64,000 nt of DNA from a bacterium. Lineage in GTDB: Bacteria; CLD3; SB21. The notes under the pieces were generated by a model. That model was not told the origin of the DNA, made no database searches, and saw only the letters and a list, made by a program, of their open reading frames with translations. Shown one piece after another: positions 61,273 through 64,000 of this stretch (the first letter of the stretch is position 1; each line of letters opens with the position of its first letter). The stretch lies in NCBI GenBank assembly GCA_008933615.1, contig WBUR01000002.1:28372-92371 (forward strand), in the 5' to 3' direction. The translations under genes were made by a program, and so were the position numbers.

Positions 61273-63720
61273 ATGACAAAAACTTTCGAGGAACAGATTT
61301 CTCTCAAAGAAAAAAAGAAGAAGGGTCAGTTACCGGAATCGTTGCCGATCATTCCGTTGCGCAATACGGTGCTATTTCCTCAGCAGATCATGCCTTTGTC
61401 CATCGGCAGAGACAAGACGCTTAAGCTGATTTCAGAGTTCTCAGACGCAAACCGCCTGATCGGTGTTGTAGCGCAGAAGGAAAGTTCGATTGAGAATCCC
61501 AGCCATTCCGATATGTATGAATACGGAGTAGCTGCGACGATCATGCGCGTATTCGATATGCCGGATGGCAGTAAGAGCGTAATCGTTCAGGGTGTTCAAC
61601 GGATCCGACTCAAAGAATTTATACAGGATGACCCCTATTGGGTGGCAAAGATAGACGAATTGGTTGATATTCCTCCATCGCATGATGACCTTGAGATAGA
61701 CGCATTGGTGATGAATATAAAAAGCATTTTTCAAAAAATGGCCGGGTTAGCACCGTATCTTACTGCAGAACAGACGTCAATGATACTAAATGTACAACTG
61801 CCTGGACGGGTCGCCGACGTTGCAGTTTCAGCGCTGAATATTTCAACCGAAGAAAAACAGGAGATACTGCAAGTTCTGAATGTGAAGGAGCGCCTGGATA
61901 AAACGCATGTGATGTTAAATAAGGTTTTGCAGACTCTCGAATTAGGGAACAAAATCCAAAGTGATGTGCAGGACGAAATTAGCAAAACGCAACGTGAATA
62001 TTATTTACGCGAGCAGTTAAAGGCAATTCAGCGTGAGCTGGGTGATGCGGAATCTGCCAACCCGGAAATTACAGAGATAAAAGAAAAGATTGAAAAAGCG
62101 AAGATGCCTAAAGAAGTGTATGACGTCACAAAAAAGGAATTGGAGCGTCTGGGCCGCATGTCGCCTATGGCGGCCGAGTATACAGTATCACGCACCTACA
62201 TTGACTGGCTTGTCGACATGCCGTGGAGCATATTTACTGAAGACAATATGAAGATAGATGCGGCGCGAAAAAGCCTTGAATCGGACCATTATGGTTTGGA
62301 AAAGGTCAAGAAAAGAATATTGGAATATCTGTCCGTGCGTAAACTTAAGAACGATATGCGCGGCCCGATCCTCTGTTTTGTTGGTCCGCCGGGCGTCGGA
62401 AAAACCTCATTAGGCCGATCCATTGCTAAGGCGCTTGGGCGAAAATTCGTTCGCATGTCGTTGGGCGGGATTCGTGATGAAGCGGAGATTCGAGGCCACC
62501 GCCGAACATATATCGGCGCATTACCGGGGCGCGTGATACAAGGTATCAAGAAAGGCGGTTCCATCAACCCGGTATTCATGCTTGATGAGATTGATAAGGT
62601 TGGAATGGATTTTCGAGGGGATCCGTCAAGCGCATTGCTTGAAGTGCTTGATCCGGAACAGAATTTCAGTTTTGCAGACCATTATCTGGATGTACCGTTT
62701 GATCTCTCGAAAGTCCTATTTATTGCGACAGCCAATCTAGCTGATCCGATCATACCCGCCCTGCGTGATCGTATGGAGATCATTGAAATTCCAGGTTATA
62801 CGGAGGAAGAGAAGATAAATATTGCACAAAAATTCATTATTCCGAAACAGATAAGCGAACACGGTTTAAGCGGGAAACAAATCAAATTTGACCGTCAAAC
62901 GATCAAACACATTATCCGCGATCACACACGCGAGGCGGGGCTGAGAAATCTGGAGCGGGAAATTGCGACTATTTGCAGAGGTGTCGCACACCAAATTGCC
63001 GAAGGAAAAATCACCAAGACCACGATTGACAAAAAAAACTTGTATACTTACCTCGGAAAAATAAAGTTCTTCTCAGATGCCGTTGAGCGTATCAATAAGC
63101 CTGGAATTGTCACGGGACTGGCATGGACAGCCGCCGGCGGGGACATACTGTTTATTGAAGCTTCAAAAATGAAAGGGAAGGGCAACTTGACACTGACAGG
63201 GCAGCTGGGTGATATCATGAAAGAATCAGCCGTTGCTGCATTGAGTCAAATTCGGTCGCAGGCAGAGGAGCTTGGAATCACAGATGAATTCGACAAAATA
63301 GACATCCATATTCATGTGCCTGCAGGAGGAATTCCGAAGGATGGGCCTTCAGCAGGAATCACTATGTATACGGCCATTTATTCGCTATTAACAAACAGGC
63401 TTGTTCGAAATGATATTGCGATGACTGGAGAAATTACGCTTAGAGGGGCTGTATTGCCGATCGGCGGCGTAAAAGAGAAAATACTCGCGGCGCATCGCGC
63501 AGGTATCCGAACCATAATTATTCCGAATAAGAATGCTAATGATCTTGATGAAGTTCCAAAACAGATCCGCGATGAGATCAAGTTTGTTCTGGTCAAAGAA
63601 GTTTCTAAAGTTGTTGAGATCGCACTTGAACCGATCGTTAAATCCATACGGGTTCATAACAACGGTGTGAAACCAAAAAGGAAGAAAACAAAAAGTCTAA
63701 AACGATCACAAAAAAAATAA
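61273..63720 (+). CDS. lon: ATP-dependent Lon protease
   Basis: LON N-domain, Walker A GPPGVGKTS, and a Ser-Lys dyad protease domain (…PKDGPSAGITMYTAIYS…). Lys-rich C-terminal tail. Confidence 0.95.
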   Translation: MTKTFEEQISLKEKKKKGQLPESLPIIPLRNTVLFPQQIMPLSIGRDKTLKLISEFSDANRLIGVVAQKESSIENPSHSDMYEYGVAATIMRVFDMPDGSKSVIVQGVQRIRLKEFIQDDPYWVAKIDELVDIPPSHDDLEIDALVMNIKSIFQKMAGLAPYLTAEQTSMILNVQLPGRVADVAVSALNISTEEKQEILQVLNVKERLDKTHVMLNKVLQTLELGNKIQSDVQDEISKTQREYYLREQLKAIQRELGDAESANPEITEIKEKIEKAKMPKEVYDVTKKELERLGRMSPMAAEYTVSRTYIDWLVDMPWSIFTEDNMKIDAARKSLESDHYGLEKVKKRILEYLSVRKLKNDMRGPILCFVGPPGVGKTSLGRSIAKALGRKFVRMSLGGIRDEAEIRGHRRTYIGALPGRVIQGIKKGGSINPVFMLDEIDKVGMDFRGDPSSALLEVLDPEQNFSFADHYLDVPFDLSKVLFIATANLADPIIPALRDRMEIIEIPGYTEEEKINIAQKFIIPKQISEHGLSGKQIKFDRQTIKHIIRDHTREAGLRNLEREIATICRGVAHQIAEGKITKTTIDKKNLYTYLGKIKFFSDAVERINKPGIVTGLAWTAAGGDILFIEASKMKGKGNLTLTGQLGDIMKESAVAALSQIRSQAEELGITDEFDKIDIHIHVPAGGIPKDGPSAGITMYTAIYSLLTNRLVRNDIAMTGEITLRGAVLPIGGVKEKILAAHRAGIRTIIIPNKNANDLDEVPKQIRDEIKFVLVKEVSKVVEIALEPIVKSIRVHNNGVKPKRKKTKSLKRSQKK

Positions 63721-63750
63721 CAACTCAAAAGGGCTCATAAGGAACATATA

Positions 63751-64000
63751 ATGAATAAACAAAAACTGCAGATACCTATCATTTTGGGCGTCCTATTTCT
63801 ATTTGTTCTCCTCAACCCAATATTATTTCCAAGCGGACAAGACGCAGAAATAACCTATAAGGAGTTTCGCGATAAATTAGCCGCAGGAAAAATTGACGAA
63901 GTTCAAATCACCAACGACAAGATATTCGGAAAATTTAAATTACCTGATAGTCTTGTTGCTCAGCAGGAAAAAGCAAACCAGCAGCCGACGGATATCACGG
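63751..64000 (+). CDS. ftsH: 5' part of ATP-dependent zinc metalloprotease FtsH (runs off the window)
   Basis: N-terminal TM helix. The periplasmic segment …EITYKEFRDKLAAGKIDEVQITNDKIFGKF… matches the FtsH N-terminal region pattern. Confidence 0.6.
   Translation, partial: MNKQKLQIPIILGVLFLFVLLNPILFPSGQDAEITYKEFRDKLAAGKIDEVQITNDKIFGKFKLPDSLVAQQEKANQQPTDIT

Overview
This is a bacterial chromosomal segment of moderate GC content, densely packed with genes and mostly housekeeping in function. I see no CRISPR array, no integrase or transposase and no rRNA. The only RNA gene is one tRNA, tRNA-Gln(CTG) on the minus strand at 50134-50204.

Gene content, from one end to the other:
- a bifunctional-nuclease/UVR-motif protein, a long-form LptF/G permease and an RlmB-like methyltransferase;
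- a PstS-like binding protein and a TPR protein;
- an ExbB-ExbD-ExbD-TonB energy-transduction operon;
- an XRE/DUF2975 pair and two Hsp20 genes;
- isoprenoid and lipid genes (class II aldolase, PlsC, a sugar nucleotidyltransferase, Dxr, IspD);
- RseP, which carries an unusual large loop insertion, followed by a SerB-like phosphatase and a TPR lipoprotein;
- Tgt, a rhodanese, Def, assorted hydrolases, an acyl-CoA dehydrogenase, LeuDH, NusB, an orphan NrdG-like radical-SAM activase and a GAF-PP2C phosphatase;
- a roughly 10-kb copper/silver-type efflux island (33.5-43.2 kb);
- a methyltransferase, an acetolactate-decarboxylase-like lipoprotein, a propeller-sensor-domain protein, a sugar-type solute-binding protein, GatA, a HAD hydrolase, TatA and tRNA-Gln;
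- an ApgM-SixA-Ppx/GppA phospho-metabolism trio and a secreted PLD-family protein;
- a contiguous proteostasis block (DnaK, FmdB zinc ribbon, HtpX, CbpA-like J-protein, HtrA, Lon, and the 5' end of FtsH).

The most interesting region is the metal island. It has an outer-membrane factor, CusA and CusB in the order OMP-RND-MFP, followed in the same tight operon by a string of small, unusual periplasmic proteins:
- a CcmH-like domain protein with an expanded CSCGSCGG...CSC cysteine cluster;
- a DUF2231-like membrane protein;
- a His/Met-rich lipoprotein;
- an extraordinarily methionine-rich lipoprotein with an Ig-like domain, about 20% Met mostly as MM dipeptides;
- a His-rich lipoprotein;
- a secreted HMA-domain protein a short distance downstream.

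The island also shows a Met/Ser/Gly-rich insertion in CusA and a perfect 23-bp palindrome immediately upstream of the operon. No cognate regulator gene is visible.

All calls rest on reading the six-frame translations and the DNA by eye. No database search was run.
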